From an uncultured Pseudomonadales bacterium (GTDB lineage: Bacteria; Patescibacteriota; Microgenomatia; UBA1400; PJMF01): 64,000 nt of DNA. Numbering within the stretch: the stretch's first letter is position 1; each line of letters opens with the position of its first letter. The translations under genes and the position numbers were made by a program. The stretch spans positions 6,094-70,093 of the forward strand of contig CAZSJW010000003.1 in assembly GCA_964607285.1 (NCBI GenBank), written 5' to 3'. Positions 1 to 8,575 of this stretch are shown here, one piece after another. The notes under the pieces are model-generated. The model saw nothing but the letters and a program-made list of their open reading frames with translations, was not told the origin of the DNA and ran no database searches.

Positions 1-445
1 TTTGAGACTCACGCGTATACCATTCCGCCACCACGGCGACACGTTGGCTATTATACCTCATGTCGATCAAAAAAAAGATAGTAGACAAATTACATATTCG
101 AAAAGGTTCTAGAGACACGATTGATTTTTTTGAAAATTTGCTGCATAGTGAACTACTGGAAATATGGATAGTTTGGTCGAAAGCCTACAACCACTGGTTA
201 CATCATTGTTCTCGCCAAACAGTATATGGTCTGTTGTACTGCGTGGTGCCATCTGGGTAGTGGTAGCCCTTGTAATTATTCTTAGCAGCGATTCTCACGA
301 TCCAGAAAAATCTCTGAAAAGTTTGAAGTCAAACTTGGGTTTTCTAGTAATATTTCTCGTGCTCTCAGGTGGACTTATTTATCTCTTATTCGGCTATACA
401 TCCACGCCAGCGTAGACACCAAATTTTTCAGGCTGCATTGTAGTA

Positions 446-1756
446 CTATCTTCGCGATTCCATTCCGTAAAATCTGGTTCTCTCACCTCTAAAGTAGAGA
501 TCTACATCACCCAATCCACCGTTTCTGTGTTTGGCAATCTTCAAACTTACTGCTTCCCGAATATCATCATCTTTACGATATAAAAACATAACCACGTCTG
601 CATCCTGTTCTATCGAGCCAGATTCGCGCAAATCTGATAGCTGCGGAATTTTTTCTCCACGACTTTCTATTGCACGTGATAATTGTGATAATGCTAAAAC
701 AGGAATTTTGAGCTCTCGAGCAATATTTTTCAAACCCTGAGAAATTTCCGCCACCTCTTGAACACGATTATCTTTTGTTCTGCCTTGTGCTAACTGCAGG
801 TAATCTACAACAAGCATGTCAATTTTATGTTCAGTCATTAGCCTGCGAGCACGCGTTCGCATCTCAAATATAGACATTCCAGGCGTATCATCGATAAAAA
901 TACCTGCGTCTGCCAAAACACCCATAGCATCTGAAAGTTTCAAGAAATCCTGCTGATCCAAACGACCGGTTTTTAATCGCCATGCATCAATATCAGCCTG
1001 AGCCACCAACAAACGATCAACTAGTTCCTCCCTACTCATTTCTAAAGAAAAGAAACCCACACGCTTTTTCTGTGACACAGTGATGTGGTGAATAACGTTC
1101 AACGCAAAGGTCGTTTTACCCATTCCAGGGCGAGCAGCAAAAATTATCAAGTTTGATCGCTGGAAGCCTGCCAAAATTGCATCCACATCTGCAAAACCAC
1201 TGGGTAAGCCGCGCACTTCGCCACCATTTCTCTGCAGCTCATCTAATCGTTCAAAACTCTCTACCAAAGTATCTTTTATGGGAATGAATGACTTATTATT
1301 CTGTTTCTGAGAGAGATTGAAAACACGCTGCTCCGCTTGATCTAAAATATCATTTACTTCCTTACCCTCATCAAACGCTAAGTCTGTAACCTCAGCGGCC
1401 ATAGAAATCATTCGGCGTTTGATTGATGCATCAGATACAATCTTCGCATAATGCTCCACGTTTGCTGCAGTTGAAACTGAGTTTGAAAGTTCTGCAATGT
1501 AGGCTGCTCCACCAGCACCTGTCAGCTGCTTCATTTTTTTAAGCTGGTTTGTCAGAGTCACAACGTCTATAGGTTGACGTTTCTCATATAATGCCTCCAT
1601 TGCTTCAAAAATAATTTGATGCGACTCAAGATAAAAACTGTCGGGATTAAGCAAATCATCAACTTGCACAATGGCATCTTGATCGATCAAAATTGCACCC
1701 AACACTGACTTCTCAGCATCCAGATCTCGCGGTGGAACTCTACCCTGTTGTGCCAT
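446..1756 (-). CDS. dnaB: Replicative DNA helicase DnaB
   Basis: 436-aa ORF; N-terminal DnaB helical domain (SVLGAIL...), RecA-like core with Walker A (ARPGMGKTTFALN) and C-terminal motifs typical of DnaB. Confidence 0.85.
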   Translation of the reverse strand: MAQQGRVPPRDLDAEKSVLGAILIDQDAIVQVDDLLNPDSFYLESHQIIFEAMEALYEKRQPIDVVTLTNQLKKMKQLTGAGGAAYIAELSNSVSTAANVEHYAKIVSDASIKRRMISMAAEVTDLAFDEGKEVNDILDQAEQRVFNLSQKQNNKSFIPIKDTLVESFERLDELQRNGGEVRGLPSGFADVDAILAGFQRSNLIIFAARPGMGKTTFALNVIHHITVSQKKRVGFFSLEMSREELVDRLLVAQADIDAWRLKTGRLDQQDFLKLSDAMGVLADAGIFIDDTPGMSIFEMRTRARRLMTEHKIDMLVVDYLQLAQGRTKDNRVQEVAEISQGLKNIARELKIPVLALSQLSRAIESRGEKIPQLSDLRESGSIEQDADVVMFLYRKDDDIREAVSLKIAKHRNGGLGDVDLYFRGERTRFYGMESRR

Positions 1757-1775
1757 ACATGTACCTTAAACCTAC

Positions 1776-2435
1776 TCACTCTCTAGCTAAAACAACTAGT
1801 TCCGTTTCCTCAGATTGTGTTCCAGCATTGATTTCATACTTAAGTACAGGTTGTGGTTCTAATCCATACTCAGTACAGAAATCATGAACAGTTTTCATTT
1901 GTCCGAACACATCGGAAGTATGTTCGTCTGTCCGATAGTGCATAGGGATAATCACTCCTGGCTCAAGTGTTCGGATAGTCTTTACTGCTAACTCAGGATT
2001 GATGGTATACACGCCTCCCACAGGACACAGCAAAACATCTACACTGCCGATCGCATCGATTTGTTCACTCGTCAGCTCATGACCTAGATCACCTAAGTGG
2101 CATATACGTACTCCATCTATCAAAATAGTGTAAACAATGTTCTTACCACGCTCACTACCCTCTGTAGCATCGTGGTACGTCTCAACACCAAATACTGATA
2201 TACCACCCACTTCATATTCACCAGGTTGATCAACGATGAATGGTTTATTGCGTCTTACTGTACCAGAAATTCTAGAAACAGCGTTATGATCATCATGTTG
2301 ATGTGAGACGGTAACCATGTCGGCACTCACTTTGACCGTTGCCAATCCAATTGACTCAGCAAAAGGATCCGTCACGAGTGTCCCAAGTTTCCCCTTAAGT
2401 TTGAATGACGAGTGGCCGAGATACGTGATAATCAT
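1776..2435 (-). CDS. Metallo-beta-lactamase-fold metal-dependent hydrolase (UPF0173-like)
   Basis: HQHDDH metal-binding motif; start set at internal ATG (MIITYLGHSSF) preceded by AGGAGGAG Shine-Dalgarno on the minus strand. Confidence 0.6.
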   Translation of the reverse strand: MIITYLGHSSFKLKGKLGTLVTDPFAESIGLATVKVSADMVTVSHQHDDHNAVSRISGTVRRNKPFIVDQPGEYEVGGISVFGVETYHDATEGSERGKNIVYTILIDGVRICHLGDLGHELTSEQIDAIGSVDVLLCPVGGVYTINPELAVKTIRTLEPGVIIPMHYRTDEHTSDVFGQMKTVHDFCTEYGLEPQPVLKYEINAGTQSEETELVVLARE

Positions 2436-2591
2436 ACTGATACTCCTCCTGAGGAAATACAAATTATTTGTTTGTGTGCGCCTCATTATAGCAGTACTTT
2501 AGGTTGCCATATTTGGAACTTAGAACCACACGATAGTTACACTTTGAAAATCAGGAACGTCCTGTATAATAAACCCGCTTTCTATGTTTCT

Positions 2592-3065
2592 ATGAAAAAA
2601 GAAATCCTGATCTCAGTACTGATCGGTCTCACCTTAGGTCTCATCATCACCTATGGTGTGTATCGATTTCGCAGTAGCATGAATACCAAACCTGCGACTA
2701 CCCTAAAAGAAGTTGCCACCACCACACCCTCCCCAGAAATTGAAACTAGTTCTATAGTAAGTATTCACAACCCACAAGATGGTAGTGTGTTGAGTGAAAC
2801 TGCACTAACTGTCACTGGTAACACTATTCCAGAATCGTATGTGGTGCTTTTTGTAAATGACACCGAATCAATCAGTACAGCAGACAGTGCAGGCAACTTT
2901 TCATTCCAAGCTAAATTGGCCTCTGGCCCAAACATCTTGAGAATACACGTGGTGGATGAAACTGGTAAAACAACGGTTGTGGAACGATCTGTGATCGTTA
3001 TCGAGACTGATACCTCAGTAGCTACCCAAAGCTCAAAAACTGATTCTGATGAAGAGGAAAACTAA
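2592..3065 (+). CDS. Membrane-anchored hypothetical protein (N-terminal TM, Ig-like/beta-rich extracellular part, acidic tail)
   Basis: ORF 2412..3065; the internal start MKKEILISVLIGLTLGLIITYGV gives an N-terminal TM helix; no recognised catalytic motif. Confidence 0.4.
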   Translation: MKKEILISVLIGLTLGLIITYGVYRFRSSMNTKPATTLKEVATTTPSPEIETSSIVSIHNPQDGSVLSETALTVTGNTIPESYVVLFVNDTESISTADSAGNFSFQAKLASGPNILRIHVVDETGKTTVVERSVIVIETDTSVATQSSKTDSDEEEN

Positions 3066-3073
3066 ACACACTT

Positions 3074-3826
3074 ATGCATAATCGCAAAGCAACACTATAT
3101 CATTCAGCAGCATTGTTCATTTTAATTCTCATTGCGGGCTTGTCTGTGCACATCCAAAGGGTGAATGCACAGAAAGTTGTCTCCAGCCCCAAACCAACGG
3201 CATCAGCAACTCCTTCGCCACAGGTAGACACAGAAAACGCTCCAGGAGAAGCAGATACCAGCAAAGAAACAATAGAAGAAATCAAACGGCGCATTGAGAA
3301 AAACAGTGATTTAGTCAAAGGGGTCACAGACCAAAAAGATGCATTAATTGGAATAATTGGCGAAGTTACTCGCATAACAGGTGAGTCAGTAACTGTCCGC
3401 TCTCAAACTGCTACAACTATCATCGCACTACCAGAAACCGTCATCATAACGAGCGGAAAAAAGAACATAAAACCAGAAGAAATTGCAGTTGGAAACTGGG
3501 TAGGGATAATAGGTGTCAGAGATGATGACGCGTTTACCCCTAGAAGCATTTCTGTCAGCACACAATCACTCCGTCCAAAGGAACAAGAGGTGTCATTGGG
3601 AACTATTTCAAAAATAAACAGGGCATCAATAGAGTTTGCACCTAGAGGTACTGACAGCACAAAAACGCTGGCAATTGCTAAATCTACTAGCTTTGAAGAT
3701 GTTGATGGCAATACCATCAAGGTTACTGACCTCGATACAGATGTCGCTGTACTGGTTGTAGCTCAGCAAATCGATGAAAATTTAACTCTAGCCACAATAC
3801 GCTCACTTGTTCCACTAGAAGACTAG
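3074..3826 (+). CDS. Secreted hypothetical protein (signal peptide)
   Basis: 250-aa ORF with N-terminal hydrophobic signal-like segment (LYHSAALFILILIAGLSVHIQRVNA); Thr/Ser-rich. Confidence 0.4.
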   Translation: MHNRKATLYHSAALFILILIAGLSVHIQRVNAQKVVSSPKPTASATPSPQVDTENAPGEADTSKETIEEIKRRIEKNSDLVKGVTDQKDALIGIIGEVTRITGESVTVRSQTATTIIALPETVIITSGKKNIKPEEIAVGNWVGIIGVRDDDAFTPRSISVSTQSLRPKEQEVSLGTISKINRASIEFAPRGTDSTKTLAIAKSTSFEDVDGNTIKVTDLDTDVAVLVVAQQIDENLTLATIRSLVPLED

Positions 3827-3849
3827 CTAGAATTACGATAGGCTGCTGT

Positions 3850-4962
3850 ATGGTTAAAATCGGACTTCCTCACAAACAGCGTGTCAACAAACTCCAATCA
3901 CAACTTGCACGAAAATCAGCAATTTTTCTCTCAAGTCCAAGTTCAATTCGCTACTATACGGGCTTTGTAAGTCTTGTCCCAAGTGAACGTGATGCACTAT
4001 TGTGCATAACGTCCTCTCGCGCATTTTTAATACACTCCACCTTCTCTCCACTTCCCAACGATATATCCTGGATACGCATGCTAACTGGGACGAGCTCCGT
4101 GTCACTACAAAAACATCTGGTGGCAATACTCGCCGAACAACCAATACAAACAATGTTCATAGACACAGAGAATCTTACTGTTAGTGAATTTCAAGTGCTA
4201 CAGTCACAAGGCATTGACACGCAATCACTGATCGGTACTGAGTTGCAAGACTTTGTTACAACACAACGACTACTTAAAGATGCAGCCGAAATCAACAGAA
4301 TGCAGCATGCTGCTCAAATTACTGCTCAGGCAGTTAGTCAAGTTCAATCCCTACTAACTGTGGGGATGACAGAGATCGAGGTGAAAAGGCTTCTTGAGCA
4401 TACTATGGAAAATGCAGGTGCAGAAGGCATGGCATTCCCCTCCATTGTAGCATTTGGGACAAACAGTGCCTTGCCGCATCACCAACCGTCTGCAGCAGTT
4501 CTTTCTGACAACATGGTGGTACTTATCGATGTAGGTGCACAAGTCGATGGCTACTGTGCTGATATGACTCGCACCATATGGTTTGGATCAAGCCCAAGCA
4601 AAAAGTTTATCGAAATCGAAACAGTTGTCATAAATGCATACGTAGCATCTCTGAAAATTGCTAAAAATTTCGTAGAAACTGGTGAGCCCACGCAACTACG
4701 TTCTATCGATCAAGCTGCTCGGTCACTCATCACTGATGCAGGCTATGGTGAACTGTTCACCCATACGACTGGCCACGGGCTGGGACTGGATATACATGAG
4801 CATCCATCCATCAATTGGAAATCCGAGGTCGCTCTACAGTCAAATATGATGTTCACTATTGAACCAGGGATATATATTGACGGTGTTTTTGGAGTGCGAT
4901 ATGAGAATACAATTTTGATAAGCGACAATAGTATCAATGAACTCACCATCCACCAGGATTAA
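3850..4962 (+). CDS. M24 family Xaa-Pro aminopeptidase / metallopeptidase
   Basis: C-terminal pita-bread fold motifs: HTTGHGLGLDIHEHP, DVGAQVDGYCADMTRT, and FTIEPGIY. Confidence 0.75.
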   Translation: MVKIGLPHKQRVNKLQSQLARKSAIFLSSPSSIRYYTGFVSLVPSERDALLCITSSRAFLIHSTFSPLPNDISWIRMLTGTSSVSLQKHLVAILAEQPIQTMFIDTENLTVSEFQVLQSQGIDTQSLIGTELQDFVTTQRLLKDAAEINRMQHAAQITAQAVSQVQSLLTVGMTEIEVKRLLEHTMENAGAEGMAFPSIVAFGTNSALPHHQPSAAVLSDNMVVLIDVGAQVDGYCADMTRTIWFGSSPSKKFIEIETVVINAYVASLKIAKNFVETGEPTQLRSIDQAARSLITDAGYGELFTHTTGHGLGLDIHEHPSINWKSEVALQSNMMFTIEPGIYIDGVFGVRYENTILISDNSINELTIHQD

Positions 4963-4970
4963 TCCATAGA

Positions 4971-5183
4971 ATGTTACCTACAGAACACCCAAAAAATCAA
5001 CTCGATATTTTAAAACAAATCGTAATTGAACCAGAGGACAGCATCCAATTACTTCCAAATCAAATCTTGATTGTAAAACCCAATGGTGTGACACATGTCC
5101 ATCATCTGGATAAGAACGGGGTCATAATACCAGGACAATCAATTGTGATGCCCATTAATAAGTTTTATGGTCGAAATAAATAA
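4971..5183 (+). CDS. Small hypothetical protein (70 aa)
   Basis: ORF immediately downstream of the peptidase gene on the same strand; no recognisable motifs. Confidence 0.2.
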   Translation: MLPTEHPKNQLDILKQIVIEPEDSIQLLPNQILIVKPNGVTHVHHLDKNGVIIPGQSIVMPINKFYGRNK

Positions 5184-5322
5184 TTGCTTGTGAACCCACC
5201 GAGAAACTCCCCTTCGGGGATTAGCCATGCGCTTTGTGAAACTTTGCTCCAAGACAGACAAAATCGCTTGGCGGCAGAACTCAAGAAATCCTATTCAGTC
5301 AATGCAACCATAAAACAAAAAT

Positions 5323-5343
5323 CAGCCTATAGGCTGTTTTTTG
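5323..5343. terminator. Bidirectional intrinsic terminator (CAGCCT..AGGCTG hairpin + T-run)
   Basis: Inverted repeat cagcct/aggctg followed by tttttt on the plus strand and preceded by aaaaa (U-run on the minus strand); lies between convergent plus-strand genes and minus-strand tRNA-Ala. Confidence 0.5.
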
Positions 5344-5349
5344 TTTTAG

Positions 5350-5420
5350 TGGACCCACCGAGAATCGAACTCGGGACTCTGCAATGCGAATGCGGCGGTA
5401 TACCACTTACCTATGGGCCC
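5350..5420 (-). tRNA. tRNA-Ala (anticodon CGC)
   Basis: Manual fold of reverse complement: acceptor GGGCCCA/UGGGUCC with G3:U70 (Ala identity element), D-stem GGUA/UACC, anticodon loop UUCGCAU (CGC), T-stem CCGAG/CUCGG with TTCGATT loop; one C-A mismatch in anticodon stem; CCA not encoded. Confidence 0.8.
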
Positions 5421-5469
5421 TACTTGAGAGAACTTTTGTATTGTACACCTTTTTACATTCGAGTGTGGT

Positions 5470-5498
5470 TTGACAAAAACCTCCTTTATCACTATAAT
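5470..5498 (+). promoter_or_regulatory. Consensus sigma70-type promoter (TTGACA-17 nt-TATAAT)
   Basis: ttgaca at 5470-5475, 17-nt spacer, tataat at 5493-5498; predicted TSS ~5505-5506. Confidence 0.7.
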
Positions 5499-5505
5499 TA
5501 AAACT

Positions 5506-5565
5506 ATGCGATTATTTATGATCAGCAATCTAGCTCATCATACCCACACACATACAATGCGGTGA
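5506..5565 (+). CDS. His/Thr-codon-rich leader peptide (MRLFMISNLAHHTHTHTMR), putative attenuation leader of the hisS operon
   Basis: ATG 8 nt after the -10 element (apparently leaderless); 4 His codons and 3 Thr codons within 7 consecutive codons (5536-5556); stop at 5563-5565; followed by intrinsic terminator; hisS downstream. Confidence 0.55.
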   Translation: MRLFMISNLAHHTHTHTMR

Positions 5566-5582
5566 TGGGATTCTAGTAGCAA

Positions 5583-5627
5583 TTTGAGCACAATAACCCC
5601 GCCGCAAGCGGGTTTTTTTGTGCTCAA
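5583..5627 (+). terminator. Intrinsic terminator / attenuator hairpin
   Basis: Long inverted repeat TTGAGCACAATAACCCCGC-CGCAA-GCGGGTTTTTTTGTGCTCAA; GC-rich CCCGC/GCGGG stem followed by 7 Ts (5613-5619). Confidence 0.7.
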
Positions 5628-5637
5628 AAAAGGTTTT

Positions 5638-6345
5638 ATGAAACAAATACAATATGAAAAAGTTGACACAGCAGGACAGATAACTGCGGTAGTTTCTCGA
5701 GTGAATGCAAATATAAAGAAATCAGCAATAGCGAGAGACATACTGAGCTTAGATGCAACTATCGAACAAGTAGTTTTTGTCATGCCTCAGCTGATAGCTG
5801 ACTACATGCCCAGGCTAGACATGATGGGAGATGAACTCAGCATCAACGGATCTTTAGCAGGTGCTTACGTTGCATTGCAGCGGGCAGATGCGCAAAGCGG
5901 TAGTTTTGAAATCTCTGGGCTGCGAGACCCTGTTCGAGCAGAGATTAGTAATTCTTGTATCAGCATCACTTTTCCTGACACAATAGTTCGTCGCATTGAA
6001 TCTGCAAAAAATACAGTTGTACTTGCAGGTATCTCATACTATGTAGTAGAGGCAACTCTACCCGTGCAGCAGCTAACACCTGCACAGCGAGAAACTATAC
6101 CCAAGCTCCTGGAAGAAAACCCAGCAGCTGGAATCGTTTTCTACCAAGCAAACCAAATTCAACCAGTTGTCTTTGTAGAAGAAACCAATTCGTTAGTTTG
6201 GGAGCAAGCATGTGGATCTGGTTCGCTCGCCTTCTCGCTGCTCACAGGTATATCAACAGTCAAGCAACCATCAGGAAGCTACATTACAATCACCACCTCA
6301 GGTGATACACTAGGCGTGTCCGTGCCAGTACGAAAGGTCGACTAA
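5638..6345 (+). CDS. DapF/PhzF-fold (diaminopimelate-epimerase-like) protein
   Basis: C-terminal motif EQACGSGSLAF resembles the second DapF active-site motif (ACGTGA); first catalytic Cys motif (CGNG) not evident; start chosen at MKQIQYEK after aaaaaagg RBS; stop overlaps hisS start (TAATG). Confidence 0.35.
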   Translation: MKQIQYEKVDTAGQITAVVSRVNANIKKSAIARDILSLDATIEQVVFVMPQLIADYMPRLDMMGDELSINGSLAGAYVALQRADAQSGSFEISGLRDPVRAEISNSCISITFPDTIVRRIESAKNTVVLAGISYYVVEATLPVQQLTPAQRETIPKLLEENPAAGIVFYQANQIQPVVFVEETNSLVWEQACGSGSLAFSLLTGISTVKQPSGSYITITTSGDTLGVSVPVRKVD

Positions 6346-7595
6346 TGCAAACACAAATCCAAACCCTCAAAGGCTTTCGAGACTTCCTACCAGCTGAAAA
6401 ACGCAAGCGACAGTATGTAGCAGGTGTTATGTCTAGCGTGTTTGAACGCTACGGCTTTGCTCCTCTGGAAACACCGACGCTCGAATATGCTGAGCTATTA
6501 TTGGGAAAGTATGGTGAAGAAGCAGATACATTGGTATACACATTTACTGACCGAGGTGACAGAGCAGTGGGTCTGCGCTACGACCAGACAGTACCAACTG
6601 CCCGCGTGTTGACGCAATATCAAAATGAGCTCCCCAAGTATTTTCGCCGATACCAAATCCAAAATGTTTTTCGAGCGGACAAACCGCAAAAAGGTCGCTT
6701 CCGCGAGTTTACCCAGTGCGACTGTGACATCTTCGGGAGTATTTCGCCTGTTGCTGATGCTGAGCTTCTGGCCGTGCTCTATGCAGTTTACAAGGAGATT
6801 GGTTTCGGGCAAATTTCGCTCCTGATAAACGATCGCCAGCTGCTTGCTAACTTGCTCAGTGAGTTTGCCACGCCCGAAGTGCCATTTGCTAGCATTGTGC
6901 AAACAATCGACAAATTGGACAAGGTTGGTGCTGATGGGGTCACTGCTGAGCTTGTCAAAAAAGGTCACGCATACCAAGCTGCTGCAAAAATTTTATCCGT
7001 ACTAGAAAATGCTACTAAATCAAAACAATTGCTTGAAATTGAACAGTACGCAACTGCTTTGGGAGTGCCCCAAGAAGCACTGCTGTTTACCCCTACCCTA
7101 GCACGTGGATTAGACTACTACACAGGCATGATCATAGAAGTGCAGTTACCCGAATATGGTGCGGGCTCAGTGGCAGGTGGCGGAAGGTATGATAATTTGA
7201 TTTCTGAACTCGGTGGACCAGCAATCCCTGCTGTTGGGTTTGGCATTGGCTTTGACAGAACTCTGGAAGCTGCTGATAGTTTGGGGCTTTTACCCACTAC
7301 ACTTGATCGGACTCGGGTGTTAGTTACCTTGTTTGATGAATCATCGACTCCCGCAGTGCTCTCCGTAGCCAAGACTTTGCGTGCTGCTGGCGTGGCAACT
7401 GAGGTCTACCCCGCCATAGAAAAATTAGGCAAACAATTCAAGCTAGCAGATCAGAAGCAAATTCCTTTTGCAGTTGTGGTTGGTCCAGAGGAAGTTGCTG
7501 GCAATACTGTGCAGCTAAAAAACATGGCAACAGGAGAACAACAGCAGATGCAATTGGAGCAGGTTGTCCAGACAGTGCAGATAGCTACCGAATAG
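6345..7595 (+). CDS. hisS: Histidyl-tRNA synthetase
   Basis: 416 aa; class II aaRS motifs (FRDFLP, RYDQTVP, GGGRYDNL), HisS-type C-terminal anticodon-binding domain. Confidence 0.85.
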   Translation: MQTQIQTLKGFRDFLPAEKRKRQYVAGVMSSVFERYGFAPLETPTLEYAELLLGKYGEEADTLVYTFTDRGDRAVGLRYDQTVPTARVLTQYQNELPKYFRRYQIQNVFRADKPQKGRFREFTQCDCDIFGSISPVADAELLAVLYAVYKEIGFGQISLLINDRQLLANLLSEFATPEVPFASIVQTIDKLDKVGADGVTAELVKKGHAYQAAAKILSVLENATKSKQLLEIEQYATALGVPQEALLFTPTLARGLDYYTGMIIEVQLPEYGAGSVAGGGRYDNLISELGGPAIPAVGFGIGFDRTLEAADSLGLLPTTLDRTRVLVTLFDESSTPAVLSVAKTLRAAGVATEVYPAIEKLGKQFKLADQKQIPFAVVVGPEEVAGNTVQLKNMATGEQQQMQLEQVVQTVQIATE

Positions 7596-7618
7596 CTTCA
7601 CATGCTATTCTTACTACT

Positions 7619-8575
7619 ATGCCTGCCCGAAAACCACACGCTATAGTTGCAAGTCATCGTCTCAAGGCATATCTATTACTACTACTTAACACCATAACCT
7701 GGGGTGCCGCTCTAGTAATCGTCAAACCCGCACTTGAACACAGTTCCCCCTTCCGCTACTTGCTATATCGATTTGTGCTAGCAGCAATCCTGAGCATTCC
7801 AATCTGGTGGCACTACCGAAACCATCCTGCACTCAAAAAGCATGCGTCTCAATTCTTCGGGCGGGTTGGCTCGACTGAACTCATTGGCACCACCTTAGCA
7901 CTTGGGCTGCTGTACACGGGGCTAAACCTAACCTCAGCCATCGAAGCAAGTCTGCTAACCACCACCACACCAATTTTTATAGTCTTAGCAGGCATCATCT
8001 GGTTGCGTGAGCGTCAAAACAAAGCCGAGTGGCTTGGGTTAAGTGTAGCATTCATCGGCACTGTCATAGTTACATTGGTACCCTACATACAAAATGGAAG
8101 TGCCACAGCTGAACTTTCCGTTATGGGAAACATCTTAATTTTACTACAAAACATTGCCACAGCCACCTATTTTATTCTGGCAAAGCGATGGTACAAATCC
8201 TACCCGAAGTTGCTCATCGCTTCCCTGAGTTTCATAGTTGGCATCGCAGCGTTTTTGGGGCTGAGTTTGTTCGAGCTTAATTGGTCTCTGAGCGAATTCC
8301 TACAAGTTGTTGCTAGTGACTTCACCCACTCCTCTGTCTGGATCGCCACTGGCTACATGGCGTTTTTTGGCTCCATCATCGGCCTCACCGCCTACATTAA
8401 GGGGCAAGACATGATCGAGGCATCTGAAGCCAGTGTGTTCACCTACTTGCAGCCACTGGTGTATGTGCCGCTTAGCATTGCACTACTGGGCGAGTCGTTT
8501 ACGTTCTGGCAAGGTGGCGGGTTGTTGCTCATCCTGCTGGGAGTGTGGTGGGCCGAGGTTCGGGGGCGGAAATGA
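7619..8575 (+). CDS. EamA/DMT-superfamily transporter (10 TM)
   Basis: 318 aa, two repeated 5-TM EamA-like halves, highly hydrophobic. Confidence 0.6.
   Translation: MPARKPHAIVASHRLKAYLLLLLNTITWGAALVIVKPALEHSSPFRYLLYRFVLAAILSIPIWWHYRNHPALKKHASQFFGRVGSTELIGTTLALGLLYTGLNLTSAIEASLLTTTTPIFIVLAGIIWLRERQNKAEWLGLSVAFIGTVIVTLVPYIQNGSATAELSVMGNILILLQNIATATYFILAKRWYKSYPKLLIASLSFIVGIAAFLGLSLFELNWSLSEFLQVVASDFTHSSVWIATGYMAFFGSIIGLTAYIKGQDMIEASEASVFTYLQPLVYVPLSIALLGESFTFWQGGGLLLILLGVWWAEVRGRK

Noticed and set aside
60-415. Two small plus-strand ORFs at the window start
   Set aside because: No RBS or homology. The 83-aa ORF has two hydrophobic helices and could be a real small membrane protein, but the evidence is insufficient.
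5184-5501. 105-aa plus-strand ORF
   Set aside because: Overlaps the tRNA-Ala gene, two terminator hairpins and the promoter region; almost certainly non-coding.
5470-5627. T-box riboswitch upstream of hisS
   Set aside because: The leader is only ~115 nt and lacks the conserved T-box sequence (AAUUAGGGUGGUACCGCG-like) and a specifier-loop architecture. A peptide-based attenuator fits better.
5538-5783. 81-aa minus-strand ORF
   Set aside because: Antisense to the leader-peptide, terminator and DapF-like gene start; there is no RBS.
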